Shown here: positions 12,307 to 26,141 of the stretch, piece after piece
Layout of the letters: the number at the start of each line of letters is the position of its first letter
How positions within the stretch are numbered: the stretch's first letter is position 1
Assembly (NCBI GenBank): GCA_043228905.1
Contig: JBHGNT010000017.1
Coordinates: forward strand, 7,254,001-7,318,000
Origin: Azolla caroliniana
Taxonomy: Eukaryota; Plantae; Polypodiophyta
DNA length: 64,000 bases
Direction of reading: 5' to 3'
Notes under the pieces: model-generated
The model's database searches: none
Told to the model about the DNA's origin: nothing
The model's input: only the letters and a program-made list of their open reading frames with translations
Made by a program: the position numbers and the translations under genes

Positions 12307-15300
12307 TCAATACATAAGACTTCCAACAACCACTAAGTTACAATGAGTTGGTTTATATACCAACTAAACTAGGGCAAGCGCCCTTTCTACTATTTACAAA
12401 ACTAGCTTGGTATGTCCATGGGCTAGTGTGAACCTATTCCTATCGGAAGTTGAGTTCGATTCTCAACACGCCCCTTCGAACACAACTTCCATCTGTTCGG
12501 TTTGAAGTTTGGCGTTCATATCTGCGTATCAATGCGTACTCTGCGTACTCCCCCTCAAGCTCGGCAATGTAGGCGACATGAGACCAAGATCCGATGCGAA
12601 TTGCCCGAGCTTGTCAACTCCTAAGGCCTTTGTAAATATATCAGCAACCTGGTGGTGCGTGCTGATAGGTTGGAGATCGATTTCTCCGGCTTGGACGCGC
12701 TCGCGGATGAAGTGGTAGTGCACTTCGATGTGTTTAGTCCGCGCGTGGAATATGGGTTTGTGTGCCAAGTAGATACTACTCATGTTGTTGTAGTACAGGC
12801 GTATTGGATCTTTGATGGGAACGCCCAGATCCTTCAGTACGCGCTTAAGCCATACGACTTCACATGCAGCGATTGTCGCACCCCTATATTCGGCTTCTGT
12901 GCTCGACAGTGCAATTGTCGGCTGTTTCTTGCTGCTCCAGGAGATCACTCCGCTGCCAAGGGAGAAGACGAATCCGGATGTGGATCGTCCATCTGCTTTG
13001 TATCTTGCCCAGTCTGCGTTTGTGTATCCTTCGAGTCGAACAGTCGTATTCGACTTATATAAGATGTCGTGATCCATTGTCGTACTGACATACCATAGTA
13101 TCCTCTTAGCACAATCGAGATGAAGGTTATGTGGATTCTGCATGAATTGGCTAAGTAGGCCGACTGAATAACTTAGGTCGGGTCGTGTAATGGTGAGATA
13201 GGTCAAGCTACCTATCAGTTGGCGATATTGAGTCGGTTCAGTCTCGGTCGTGCCGGAACTGGCATCAATCTTGATATTGCGATCAAGAGGGGTAGTCACA
13301 GGTTTGCACTCTGTCATTCCGAATTTGTACGGTAAGTTGAGGACGTAGTGCTATTGTGAGATCATTATCCTGACTGGTGTCTGAATTACTTTAATACCTA
13401 GGAAGTAATGAAGTTCGTGTAGGTCTTTCATTTCAAATCGTCCGTAAAGAAGTGATTTAACTTTGTTAATCTCGGCGAGATCCTTTCCTCCGATGACCAA
13501 ATCATCCATGTACAAGATGATGATTATCGGGCTATATGACTCATTTCGGATGTATAGGGAAGTGTCGGATTTTGACATCCACAATTTGACTTGATGAAGA
13601 TATTGCGTGATCTTCGAATGCCAAGCACGTGGTGCTTGTTTGAGGCCATAAAGTGGCTTCTTGAGTCGGCATATGGCGTGCGGATGTTTACGCGATTCGA
13701 ATCCGGGTGGTTGTATCATATACACTTCTTCTTCTAGCTGTCCTTGGAGGAAGGCGTTTTTCACGTCCATCTCGTGGAGGTGCCACCCTTTCGTTGCGGC
13801 GAGTGCAATTATGGTTCGTACTGTGGTCATCTTTGCCACCGGGGCAAAGGTCTTTTTGTAGTCTACAACGTATGTTTGCGCGTATCCCTTTGCAATGAGC
13901 CGTGCTTTGAAGCGATTTACAGAGCCGTCAGTATTATGTTTCACTTTGTAAATCCACCTACAGCTGACCGGTTTCTTGTTCGGGGGATGAGGAACGAGAT
14001 CCCATGTCTCGTTTTTACATAACGCTTCTATTTCCTCATTCATCGCATTAACCATCGCGGATCCTTCACGGCTTCAGAAAGCGTTTCTGGCTCCCGTACT
14101 GACGCTACCTTCATCATGAAGGCGTAATGATACGCTAAGTACTCATCATAGCCGTAGCGGTTTACGGGGTTCTTCTCACGCGTAGATCGGCGTGGCTTGT
14201 TGTTTGCGAACTCTAGAGGTTTCTTCATGCCGTCCGTGTGAATGTCCAGGCCTTCGAACTCACTGTCAAGATCGAAATGATCTTCGTATTCCTGCATTTT
14301 CGCCTTGCCTTTGTCTAGCTTTGGACTTGGCCGAGATGTGCTTTTATCACTTGGGGGCTATTGCGGTTCACTCAACCGTGTCGTAATTGGGCTGTCTTCG
14401 AACATCTACGTGAGCCGATCCTCAGCTTCTATTCTTATTTCGTTGTCATCCGCGTTGAGCGGAGTTGAAGTATTCTCTGGTGCGTACCAAGATGCGGACT
14501 CGTCGAAGACTATGTCTCGACTGATGCGAACTTTTCGGGTAGATGGGTTGTAGCATTTGTACCCCTTTTGTTCTAGTGAGTATCCCACGAGGATACATTT
14601 CTCCAACTTTGGATCGAGCTTTTTCCGCGTATCTTTGGGAATGTGTACATAGGCGATTGAGCCGAAAATGCGGACATGCAATAAGTTTGGCTTCTTCCCG
14701 AAAAACTTCTCATGCGGAGTTATGTCGTGTACTCTTGAGGTTGTGCACTTGTTCATGAGGTATACATCCGTATTTGCCGCTTCTGCCTAGTATGATTTCG
14801 GCAAGTTCTTCTCATTCATCATAGCTCGCGCGACCTCGACAATGTGCCTGTTTTTCCGCTCTGCTATGCCGTTTTGCTGAGGCGTATATCGGCACGAGAA
14901 CTCTCATCGGATTCCTTCTTTTTGGAGATACTCCGTGAACTCATCCGAAAAGTATTCTTTACCTCCGTCTGATCGAAGGCAACGTACATGACGGCCCGTA
15001 GCTTTTTCTACTTTGGCTTTGAACTTCTGGAAGTGTTCGAACACTTCGCTCTTCTGTCTCATCGGGTAGATCGAGGTGTTCCTGGAGAAGTCGTCGATGA
15101 ACGTGACATAATAACGGCATCTGCCGAAGGTAGCCATTTGGGCTGGTTCCTACACATCTGAATGTATTACATCTAGGATCCCTTTGCTCACATTCTGCTC
15201 CTTAGAGAATGGGTGACGATGTTGCTTTCTAAATTGGCATGCTTCGTAGACACCCGTGATCTCCTTTGCCGTAAAGTTCGGAAGTCTGATTACGACTCCT

Positions 15301-16287
15301 TTCGTCTGCATGTTCTGAAGCTTTTGGAGATTAATGTGGCCGATCCTCTTGTGCCACAATTTCAAGTTAGTTTCAATTTTCTGGCCCTTTGCGTACAGGG
15401 CCGACTTTACCTCGCTTGACTTGAGGATGAACATACGGCCTTCACGACGGCCGTGGGCTACAATTCGATCGTCTTTTTCGATAAAACAACCGTCATTGTT
15501 CAATCGTACTTGCATTCCCTGTTCAACAATCTGACCTACATAGATCAGGTTCTTCGTGATTGTTGGGACATGCAAGACGTTCTTGAGGAAAGTTTGGTCT
15601 CCATCATTTCCGAATGGGACATTCCCGATATGCTGTATTAAATGAGTCGTGTCATCGCCAGTCTCGACATATCCGGGTTGATCGGGTTTACGCAGTTCTC
15701 GGAACCAATCTTCATGAGACGTCATATGGTTGACGCACCCGAGTCAACAAACCATACACTATTTGAGGCAGAGGCGCTAGTTGAAGCCTGTGCGGACATT
15801 GAGTGTGCTTTATTCCTCATTATGAACATTCCGCCACGGTCGCCGTAGTCAGAATTTGTTGCGTAGTTCGTGAGTTGTCGGCCTGCCTCACGTTTCTTCT
15901 TCCGACACTCTTCTTCGTAGTGGCCGGGTTTTCCGCAGTCCCCCACTCGACTGGGTTTCGGCGATTGCTCGGTCCGGCGTTATGACTCCCCCTTCTACCA
16001 AGCTCTGTGGGCCCGTTCCTGTCTGCTTGCCACTGGGGGGGAGTTACGCCCTTGATTCCGCCGATCATTATGGCCTTGTCCGAAACGACCTCTATTACCA
16101 TGGCCGAAATCTCTTCTATTATCTGACTGGGAGTAGAGCAAAGAACTATCTGATGCGTTGCTTCTTTGTCGAGCGCGATTCTCTTCGACTAGCAATATCA
16201 ATTGAAGGTCAAAGAAGGAAGGAGGGTTCTCCCTTACAAGAATGGTTGATCTAATCGTGCCGAAACGCGGTGCTAAGCCTCCGAGAT

Positions 16288-16588
16288 TGATGAGGAATAC
16301 GCGGAATAGTCTCTGGCAACAATCGAAGAGTAAATCACTTTGTATAGTCGAACATAGAAGAAATGGGAAAAATGGAGGTAAGTGCACAAACAGAAAGAAA
16401 AAAAGAATACATAGGATATTAACGTGGAAAACCCTGAGAGGGAAAAACCACGGGAGTCCATAGACTCCAAACTATCACTATATCACAATGATTACAACAG
16501 TGAGCTCATGGAGGCAATGACCTCGTGCTCACGACCTTCGCCACAGGCAGTGGTTACAACAGAGGCAACGACCTCTCTATATCTCGAG

Positions 16589-16658
<70 letters not shown>

Positions 16659-19600
16659 ATGGTTGCTCTTTCACAATCGCGACAATGACAATGACAACAA
16701 CTCCACTAAGTTTGCCCCAAGTCATATTTATACTAAAATGACTTTTCGGCTATTTAGAAATATAGCCCCGATGGACTTTCAGAAACATATTTACGAATAT
16801 GTCCCTTCATCCGGTGAGCACTCCTCACCGGGCTTGCATCATCCGGCGCTTGCCGGGCACTCGTCATCCGGTTCTCACCGGGTCTTCCGTTTTCGAGTAC
16901 TCCTCATCCGGTTCTCACCGGTTCTTCCGTTGTCGGGTACTACACATCCGGTTTCTTCTTACTTCCCATCCGGAGGGACCTGTTTCCTAACAAACTCCCC
17001 CTTCACTCCGGCATGGGATGTCTTACTAGTCCGATCCGCTTCTGACATGCATCCAACTTGTCGGGTATTGGCACTTTGTTCAACATATCTGACCCGTTCT
17101 TGTCCGTATGGATCTTCGTCAGCGCGAACTCTCGATCTTCTATTCGCTCACGGATCAAGTGATACCTACGCTGGATGTGCTTCGTCTTGGAATGGTACGT
17201 TGCGTTCCTAGCAAGGTGGATGGCACTTTGATTGTCGCAATAGAGCCGGTATTCATCTTGCCGGATACCGAGCTCTACTATGAAGTCCTTCATCCATATT
17301 ATTTCCTTGCCGGCTTCCACAGCCGCCATGTACTCCGTCTCTGTGGTTGACAACGCAATCGTCTTCTACAGCCTCGACTGCCACGAAATAACTCCCCCTG
17401 CATATGTCATTACATACCCGGATGTAGACCGGCTAGTATCCACATTAGCCGACATGTCCGAATCGGCAAAATCGTCAAGTTGAGGTTTACCGGAGCCGAA
17501 TCGAAGACACATATTCGAAGTGCCCTTCAAGTACCGAAGTATCCATTTGACCGCGTTCCAATGCTCCTTGCCGGGATTGCTCATGAACCGGCTCACCACT
17601 CCGACTGCGTATCCAATATCCGGTCGAGTACACACCATTGCGTACATTAAGCTCTCGACAGCAGAGGCATATGGAACCTTCATCATATCCGCCTTCTCTG
17701 CTTTTGTCTTCAGGCTTTGCTTAATGGATAACCTGCAGTTTGCCGGAAGTGTCGATTCGACCGGTTTCGCATCTGACATGTTGAACCGCTGAAGCACCTT
17801 TGTCACGTACTTCTCCTGTGACAGCCACAATTGCTTCATTGACCGGTCCCGGATAATATGCATCCCCAACATCTGTCTTGCCGGACCCAAGTCTTTCATT
17901 GAGAAGGTCCGGTTGAGAGCCTTCTTCAGCATCCGTATTTTGGCTTGGTCCCGTCCGACGATCAACATGTCGTCCACATATAGAAGGAGTATCAGGAAGT
18001 CGCCTCCTTCGAACTTCTTCACAAACACGCAGTGATCGGCCTATGTCTTGTGGTACCCTTGATCGGTCATGAAGGAGTCGAACTTCCGGTACCATTGCCG
18101 GGGGGCCTGCTTCAACCCGCAGAGGCTCTTCTTCAACCAACAAACCAGGTGCTCCTTCCCTTTCTTCACGAATCCTTCCGGTTGCTGCATGTAGATCTCC
18201 TCTTCGAGGTCACCGTGAAGGAATGCCGTCTTCACGTCCAGCTGCTCTACCTCGAGTGTATGCTTGCCACTATACTCAGCACTGTCTGGATGGAGGTCAT
18301 CTTTACTACCGGGGAAAATATCTCGTCGAAGTCCATGCCCTTCTTCTGTTGGAACCCCTTCACCACGATCCTGGCTTTGTATCTCGGGGGGTTGCCGGCA
18401 TCTCCCGGTTTCAACTTGTACACCCACTTGTTTTAGAGTGCTCACTTTCCTTTCAGCAACTCCACCAATTCGTACGTATGGTTCTCATGCAGGGAATCCA
18501 TCTCATCCTACATGGCACTTAACCATTTGCGGCTGTGGGCGTCACTTTTAGCTTCCTTGAAGTTTTCTGGCTCCCCCTCATCGGTCAGCAACACATGCTC
18601 TGCATCTGGGAATCTTCGGGGGGCCCTTCTCTCTCTGAGAGGATATCTCCGTCTTTGGGTTTCGGTAACCGGCTCCTCCATTTGCTCTTCATCCGAATTC
18701 GATTCGGGGTCTTGGTTGGTTCCGGTTTCAGCTTCCTCTACTTCTTCTTCTGCCGGTTTGGTATCCTCACCGTAACCGGCTGGTTCCTCGAATGCTAACC
18801 GGTCTCTTGCCAGTTGGGACTGCTCATCGTAGAATCGATCCTTACCGGTCGACTCGGAGTTCATAATCTTCTTCTCCAACTCCCAATCGGCGAGCGTCTT
18901 GTCCTCCATGAAGATAATATCTCGACTCCGGGATACCTTCTTGTCGGCCAGGTCCCACACTCGGTAGCCGAACTCATCGTTGCCGTAACCAAGGAATATG
19001 CATGGCCGGGTCTTTGGATCGAACTTTCCTCTCCTGTCCTTAGCAACATGCACGTACGCAAGACACACGAATACCTTCAGATGCTGGTAGGACACTTCCT
19101 TACCGGTCCAGACTCTCTGTGGCGTGTCTTCGTCCAAGGGTACTGAGGGTGATCTATTTATCACATATGTCGCCGTCGACAGTGCCTCAGCCCAAAACTT
19201 CTTGGGTAGTTTTGCATGCGCCAACATACTCCGGACCCTCTCCATTATGGTCCGGTTCATCCTCTCGGCCAACCCGTTTAGTTCCGGCGTCTTCGGCATG
19301 GTAAATTCGAGCCGGATTCCCTTCGAGCGGTAGTGCTCCTCGAACTGCCCCCGGTATTCTCCTCCATTATCTGCTCGAACCGCCTTCAACATCCGGCCGG
19401 TTTCTCTTTCCACTCTCGCGTGGAGCTCTTTGAAGACGGATAACACCTGATCCTATGTCTTCAACGGTGTGGCCCACAACTTCCGGCTGTGGTCATCTCT
19501 GAACGTCACGAAGTACTGCGATCCTGCATGTGACTTCGTGTCCACTTGACACACATCAGTATGCACCAACTCCAGTGGCGCATTACGTCTCATCGGTGGC

Positions 19601-21720
19601 CTCGATTGGAAGGAGGTCCGGTTTTGTTTACTAGCCAGACAATCAGTGCACTTCTCCAAGTGCACGTTCTTCACTGGAATGAGGTTGTCGTCTGCAAGCC
19701 TCTTCATCCCCTTCTCGCTCATGTGACATAGCCTCTTGTGTCATAGCTCACCGGCAGTGTTAGATGCCACGTTCACTTCTTCTGGACATAATCGGGCATT
19801 CATCAGGTACAACGTGTTGACCTTCTGGGCCCAAGCCACAATCAAGCTCCCTTTGCTGAACTTCATAACACTGTTCCGGATGCTACCTGTGTAGCCTTCA
19901 TCATCTAGCCGACCGGCTTATATTAGGTTCAGTCGAACCTCCGGAACGTGTCAGACATCCTTCAGCAGCAGCTTGCATCCGGTTGGTGTTGTCAACCACA
20001 CGTCTCCTATGCCGACAATTCGGCATGTACCTTCATTCCCCATCCGGAAACAACCGTGATCACCAGCTGTGTAGGATGAGAAGTATTTACGGTCTGGGGT
20101 AAGGTGGAACGATGCTACGGAATCAACAGCCCACGTTGTCTTGTCGCCGACAAGGTTCAACTCACTCTCCTCGGTGATGAGCATCAACTCTTCTTCACTT
20201 GCCGCGATTGCCGTCGTTCCCTTCCTGTCCATCCCCTCCGGTCTTTACCATTCCGGTCCGTTGTCCGCTTCGAATCGGTACCATCGGTTTCCTTGTCTTT
20301 TCGGAAGTGCCGACAGTTCTTTTGGAAGTGTCCCGGCTTGTCGCAATAGAAGCAAGTAGGCCTCCCCCTTGACTTTGACCGTATCCCTGACTTCTCTCGG
20401 TTCTGGGGACTACGGTTCCTTTGTCTTCCGCGTTCCAATTTGGTAAGGAGCGCTTTGGAGTCGGAGCTCGTATCCTTATCTTTCCGACACACCTCCTCAT
20501 CTAGCAAGCTCGACCTCACTCTTGCTAGGGATAACCGTTTCCCTTCCGGCCTGGCGTTGCCCAAAGTGACAACCAACGTCTCCCAACTATCCGGGAGGGA
20601 ACCGAGCAGGAGTAGCGCTAGTACCCCATCGGCGAGAGGTACTTCCAATGATGTTGCCTGGTGTATCAGCCCCTGGAAGGCATTCATGTGCTCCGCCATG
20701 CTGGAGCCATCTTGGTACCAGAGTCTTAGTAGCTTCCGAAATACCGAAACCTGGTTAACAACATTTTTGTTCTGAAACATAATGCCGATCTTCTCCCAGA
20801 GCTCATGAGCCTTGCTTTCTTCATTGAAGTTGTTGTATGGGCTCATGTCGATGAAGCACCGTATGTACGCCGTTGTCTTCATGTGCATGACATCCCATAT
20901 CGTGGCATCGATTTTGTCCGGTCTCTTGTCCCCGAACTGAACCGGCAACCAAAGATCTTTAACCACGAGCATGTCCCTCATCTTCGACTTCCATACTGAA
21001 TAGTTGGAGCTGGTGAGCTTGAACATGCCGCCCAACGAATCGTCCATTGTTCTATGTCGGTTCGCTCTGATACCACTTTGATGAGGAATACGCGGAATAG
21101 TCTCCGGCAACAACCCAAGAGTAAATCACTTTGTACAGTCGAACACAGAAGAAATGGGAAAAATGGAGGTAAGTGCACAAACAGAAAGAAAGAAAGAATA
21201 CACAAGATATTAATGTGGAAAACCTTGAGAGGGAAAAACCACGGGAGTCCACAGACTCCAAACTATCACTATATCACAATGATTACAACAGTGAGCTCAT
21301 GGAGGCAACGACCTCGTGCTCACGACCTTCGCCATAGGTAGCGGTTACAATAGAGGCAACGACCTCTCTATATCTCGAGCGCTCTCTCTTTCTCTCTCTC
21401 TCTATACACGGTTGCTCTTTCACAATCGCGACAATGACAATGACAACAACTCCACTAAGTTTGCCCTAAGTCATATTTATACTAAAATGACTTTTCGACT
21501 ATTTACAAATATAGCCCCGATGGACTCTCAGAAACATATTTACGAATATGTCCCTTCATCCGGTGAGCACTCCTCACAGGGCTTGCATCATCCGGCGCTT
21601 GCCAGGCACTCGTCATCGGGTTCTCACTGGGTCTTCCGTTTCCAGGTACTCCTCATCTGGTTCTCACCGGGTCTTCCGTTGCCGGGTACTACACATCCGG
21701 TTTCGGCCTGTTTCCTAACT
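16288..21720 (-). mobile_element. Tnt1-like Ty1/Copia element C, inserted in gag of B
   Basis: LTRs 16288-16992 and 21079-21720; PBS GCTCTGATACCA at 21064-21075; PPT at ~16993. gag has CFYCDKPGHFQKNC; integrase has RADNGGEY; RT has YVDD; RNase H has KHIQRRYH. Host gag reads ICL|GGLAPRFG across the insertion. TSD is decayed (GAGAT/GAGGC). Confidence 0.93.
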
Positions 21721-22422
21721 GAGGCATATCTGCACCAGTTCGTCATCATGAATGACGACGTTGATCGATCCGAGGGCGTCACATAGCTCCTTGATCTTCA
21801 AGGTATAGCTTGAGATTGACATGTCCCTCTGTTGGATGTTATTCATCTCCTGATGAAGTTGGAGCTTGTGTGCGGTTATATTGGTTGTGAAAATCTTCTT
21901 GAGATTTTCCCACACTTGCTTCAACGTTTTTGCGTCTCGAATGTAGCCAAGCATATGATCATGAACGCATGATGCTAGACAATACAACACACGGTTCGCG
22001 GCTTGCTCCCAAGCAAGATAGTCGGCGTATGTTGGGTTGGGTTGCGTTTCGTGAGCTCCTTCAATGTAGCTCCAATAACCTTGTCCAACAAGGTATTGAT
22101 GCATCTTGTACTCCCAAGATGCAAAGTTCGTTCTGTCGAGCTTCTCCGTAGGAAGAGCACTTCCCATCTGAGTGTTCATGGTGATTTCTACTTCTGTTGA
22201 TTAGCCGGTTCTGATGATCGTCGACGTGCAGCACAACAAAATCGAATAGGTGTGATTAGACAACCACACGCTCTGATACCATGTTAAGAAATGGAGTGTG
22301 TGGTGATTGCAATGCAGTGGAAGATGAGAGACTATGTGTGTGTGTGTGTAGCAACACATTGAGAGAGAGGGAGAGAGAGAGAGAGAGAGAGAGATCAAGA
22401 CAGAGATATTACATAAGACTTC

Positions 22423-23079
22423 TGTGAAAGTGTTTTTAGAATTCAAGGTATTGAAGTCTACAAAAATATAAGGTATGGAGCATTCACACCCGAAGGCCAA
22501 GAACACGAGCTAAGGTTTCAAGTATAAGTCAAACAAAAAGCAAGTCACGTGGAGAAAAGTAAAAGAAGAAAAAAGCAGACCACCAAAACGCAGTCAGAAA
22601 CAAATGCTCATAACTCTCTCGTTTGACACCCAAATATCACGTGTAAATATGGGTTAGAAAGCTTATGACGAGAGTTATCCGTAGCTTTTTAAAACTCTAA
22701 ATGTGGAGCATGGATGAGGGAGATATGACGATTAGAAGATCGTTGTATCATAGCTAAGAATAGGAGATGGAAAAGCTGTAAAAAAAGCGTGGAAAAGAAA
22801 GCAAGCGAAACTTATCTACTAGAGGAGAACTTCATATAAAGCAAGAAGAGTGAGGTGGTGAAGGGGGCTTTTTTCTTGTGGAGCTTTTGTTTCTTGTGGT
22901 GTTTTTCTTGCCTATTCATGTAGTGCGTTTTTCTAGTGATCAATTCATCCTTGTAGGCTTGAGTTTATGTATCTTCTTTCTCTTGTTTCTATGATCATCA
23001 CTCCTTATTAATATATCTTTGAAGATTTAGGTTTCTATATCTTCCTTCTCTCTCTTTTCTATCATCATCTCTCTTTTCA
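22423..23079. mobile_element. Solo LTR inserted in the 5' LTR of B
   Basis: TG...CA ends, perfect TSD ACTTC (22418-22422 / 23080-23084). Absent from the other LTR of B. Confidence 0.88.
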
Positions 23080-23234
23080 ACTTCCAACAACCATTAAGTT
23101 ACAATGAGTTGGTTTATATAGCAACTACACTAGGGCAAGCTCGCTTTCTACTATTTACAAAACTAGCCTGGTATGTCCATGGGCTAGTGTGAACCTATTC
23201 CTATGGGAAGTTGAGTTCGATTCTCAACACTTCG

Positions 23235-24420
23235 TTTTATGTTTTTCTAGTTTCCGTTTTCTTTGGTTTTCTATCCACCTAGTTGGGTGAGGAATTATAA
23301 TCTAGGTCATTGTTATATACACCCAATCAGGTGACGATTGTAGCCAAGGTTGTTGCCTTGAGGCTAGGACATTTCTCTAGTCAAAACCTAGAGAGTTCGT
23401 ACACAGTTTGTAATCCTTGTTATTCTATCCACCAGATTGGGTGAAGGTTGTAACCAAGGCCATTGCATTGAGGTAGATACACCCCTCTAGTGAGGTCGTA
23501 TTCTGTTGTACTCAAAGATATAGTGAAGTTGTTTGGAACCTACGGTTCTCGTGGTTTTTCCCTATTTTGGGTTTTCCACGTTAAAATTTTTGGTGTACTC
23601 TCATTTTCGTCTTGTCGTTTCATCTATTGTTTAATTTTTCTTGATTGAGTTGGTAGTCCAAATCATCCCGATTCGGATCCATATTCCTAACAAGTGGTAT
23701 TAGCGCGAGGTTCATACCTCCGCAAAGACTTGGAATATGGATGAATCATTAGGCGGGATGATTAAACTAACGGGATCCAACTACCCCATTTGGAAGTCCA
23801 AACCGAGGGACATGTTGGTATGTAAGGACATGTGGTTGCCCATACTACATGGTATGAGCGAACCCGAGAACATATATACATTAACCTAGGATGCCATGCA
23901 TCTAAAGACATCTGCATACATTCGATGTTTCATAGACATGAGTCTATATAACAATTTTTGTGATGAAACCAAAGCAAACGAGTTGTGGAGAAAAATCGAG
24001 AGCATGTTTCAGACAAAAGATGCTTTGAATAGAGTCTCCATGTTTAGGAAACTTGTAAGACTTAGGTATCAAGATGGCTCTAGTATGACATAACATCTTA
24101 ATACGTTTCAAGGACTTATAAGTCAAACTGTCTCTCTAGATATACCTCTAGCAAATGAGGTGTTGACCTTGTTATTGTTAGGCTCTCTTCTAGATAGTTG
24201 GGAAACCCTTGTTGTGACACTTGGGACTGCAACACAACAAAAGGACCTAACATTGGACATGGTTAAGTCGAATCTTCTACATGAAGAAGCACGACGAAAG
24301 GAGCATGAGTTCAACTTTGACCATGAAACCTTAGTCATAGAAAACAACTCCTCTAGAGGAAGAAACCAAGCTAAGGGGTCCACAAAATCACAGAAATAAT
24401 TCTAAGGGGAGGTCTAAATC
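23235..24420 (+). mobile_element. 5' part of Tnt1-like Copia D (LTR end, PBS, truncated gag); its LTR is split by B
   Basis: LTR ends CCTAACA at ~23692, followed by a degenerate PBS TGGTATTAGCGC. gag MDESLGGMIKLTGSNY...LLLLGSLLDSWETLVVTL is homologous to gag of C. Confidence 0.8.
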
Positions 24421-25178
24421 TAGAAGTTGTTGTACAGGCTCATGTCGATGAAACACTGGATATATATTATCGTCTTCATGTGCATCACCTCCCACATTGT
24501 GGCGTCGATCTTATCCGGTATCTTGTCCCCGAACTGAACCGGCAACCAAAGATCTTTAACCACCAGTATATCCCTCATCTTCAACATCCACACTGAGTAG
24601 TTGGAGCCGGTGAGCATGAACATGCTGCCGAACAATTCTTCCATTTCCTGTGTTGTTCGCTCTGATACCAGTTTGATGAGAATAATGCGGAATATTGCTC
24701 GACCACAACCGAGTCTTGAATCACAGAAATGGAATAAGAGAGTACACAGAAATGACACAGGATGTTAACGTGGAAACCCTAACAGGGAAAAAACCACAGG
24801 AACCCACAGACTCCAACTATCACTATATGAGAGGAAATACAAAGTGGAGGCACAGAGGCAACGACCTCGTGCTCGCGATCTTCGCCAGATGGCGGTTACA
24901 ACAGAGACTGCTCGTGGCTACTCTCTCTCTCTCTCACTCTTTCTCTTTATATGTGTATATATCTAAAGTGATTGCCCTAAGTCATATTTATACTTATATG
25001 AACTTAGCGCTATTTACAAATATAGCCTCAATAGGCTTACTCAAAACATATTTACAAGTATGTCTTCACTTCCGGTTCTCACCGGGTCCACTGATTTGGT
25101 TTCCGGATCTCTTCTGGTTCTCACCGGGTCTTCTTCATTCATAACCGAATCCCATCCGGAGGAACCGATTTCCCAACA
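24421..25178 (-). mobile_element. 5' part of Tnt1-like Copia E (LTR 24674-25178, PBS, gag start)
   Basis: TG...CA LTR related to that of C; PBS at 24659-24670; gag MEELFGSMFMLTGSNYSVW... breaks off at ~24421. Confidence 0.85.
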
Positions 25179-25702
25179 CCATCCATGCGCCCTATAAGAA
25201 GGGGCCTGCAACATTGTAGAAAGGGGTTGGTGTAAGGTCGATCTATTGTAGCCGACTCAAGCCTAGTGATAGAAGTATAGTAGGTATGATTCTGTGTGAA
25301 CATACATATACCTTAAGCGTTCTGTGTGGAGTTGCACTGTTCATCGTGCACCCAATGAGTTTCACCCATCCTCTGACCACAATACCTTGATCTAGATACT
25401 TCGGGAGTAAGTTGAGTGGGTATAACAAGTAGTACTAGTGTCAAGATACCATGTCTTTTACATTACTTGGATTTGGAGTAGTAGCAGAAAGTGATTCGAC
25501 AAAGAATGCTTGCAGAACATCATCATACTTGTCATCACTTTGATTATGATATCCATCTCTTATGTCTTTATCATCATCCATTTCTACTTCAACAAGATGG
25601 GCTTGTACACACCTCCAATGTTGGTAATTTGTGAAATTTGACATAGAACGACAATCCTTCGTTGCATGGTTAGTGTGTTTATAGATTTTACAATAAGAAT
25701 TG

Positions 25703-26141
25703 TGTTACGAATTAGGTAAGTAATTAAGCAAGGAGTACCTAATTATGTGATTAGTTGATAAGCGGAAGATTAAGTGATATGTGTGTGTATGTGTGTGAGA
25801 GGAAGAGAGAGAGGACGATACACTTATGAACAACACAAGATGGGGGATGAGTAACTATATTAGATTAGCATTATCATCATCATCAAATACAAAAATACCT
25901 ACAATGAGGTATATATAGATCTCATGTGCAAGGGTGCACATGTGTGAGGCTAATATAGGTACAAAGGTGTAAGTCCTATATTAAATGTACTTGGGAGTGG
26001 AGGATCGAGAATATCCCACTTAAGTACAAGGTCCTATTTAAGGTGTTATAGTCAACACTTCTAACTAGATTCTATCTAGGTAACTACGAAGTTACATGGT
26101 TGACTAAATAACTAAACTAAGTTGAGCTTGATCTCTCAACA
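25703..26141. mobile_element. Solo LTR in gag of A
   Basis: TGTT...AACA ends, perfect TSD AATTG (25698-25702 / 26142-26146). Confidence 0.85.

Larger units (their letters stand above)
12177..23229 (-). mobile_element. Ty1/Copia element B, full length, with frameshifted gag-pol
   Basis: LTRs 12177-12468 and 22282-23229 (TG...CA). Perfect TSD CTTCG (12172-12176 / 23230-23234). tRNA-iMet PBS at 22270-22281. gag at 21721-22179 and ~15700-16287; PR-INT-RT-RH fragments at 12529-15725 (YMDDL, HARTKHIEVHYHFIRE). Confidence 0.93.
10640..25427 (+). mobile_element. Probable LTR-element remnant F interrupting the protease of A; degenerate coiled-coil ORF ~10640-11750 and LTR-like end 25179-25427
   Basis: The protease of A is split between ~10638 (RKDWL) and ~25428 (WYLDTSTT). 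The intervening outer pieces are an E/K/Q-rich frame full of stops and a segment ending GGGTATAACA. Family not identified, and that the two pieces belong together is inferred. Confidence 0.4.

Noticed and set aside
11784-12329. ORFs running through (GA)n, (TG)n and (TA)n tracts, also at 16424-17211 and 33539
   Set aside because: These are microsatellite and LTR translation artefacts.
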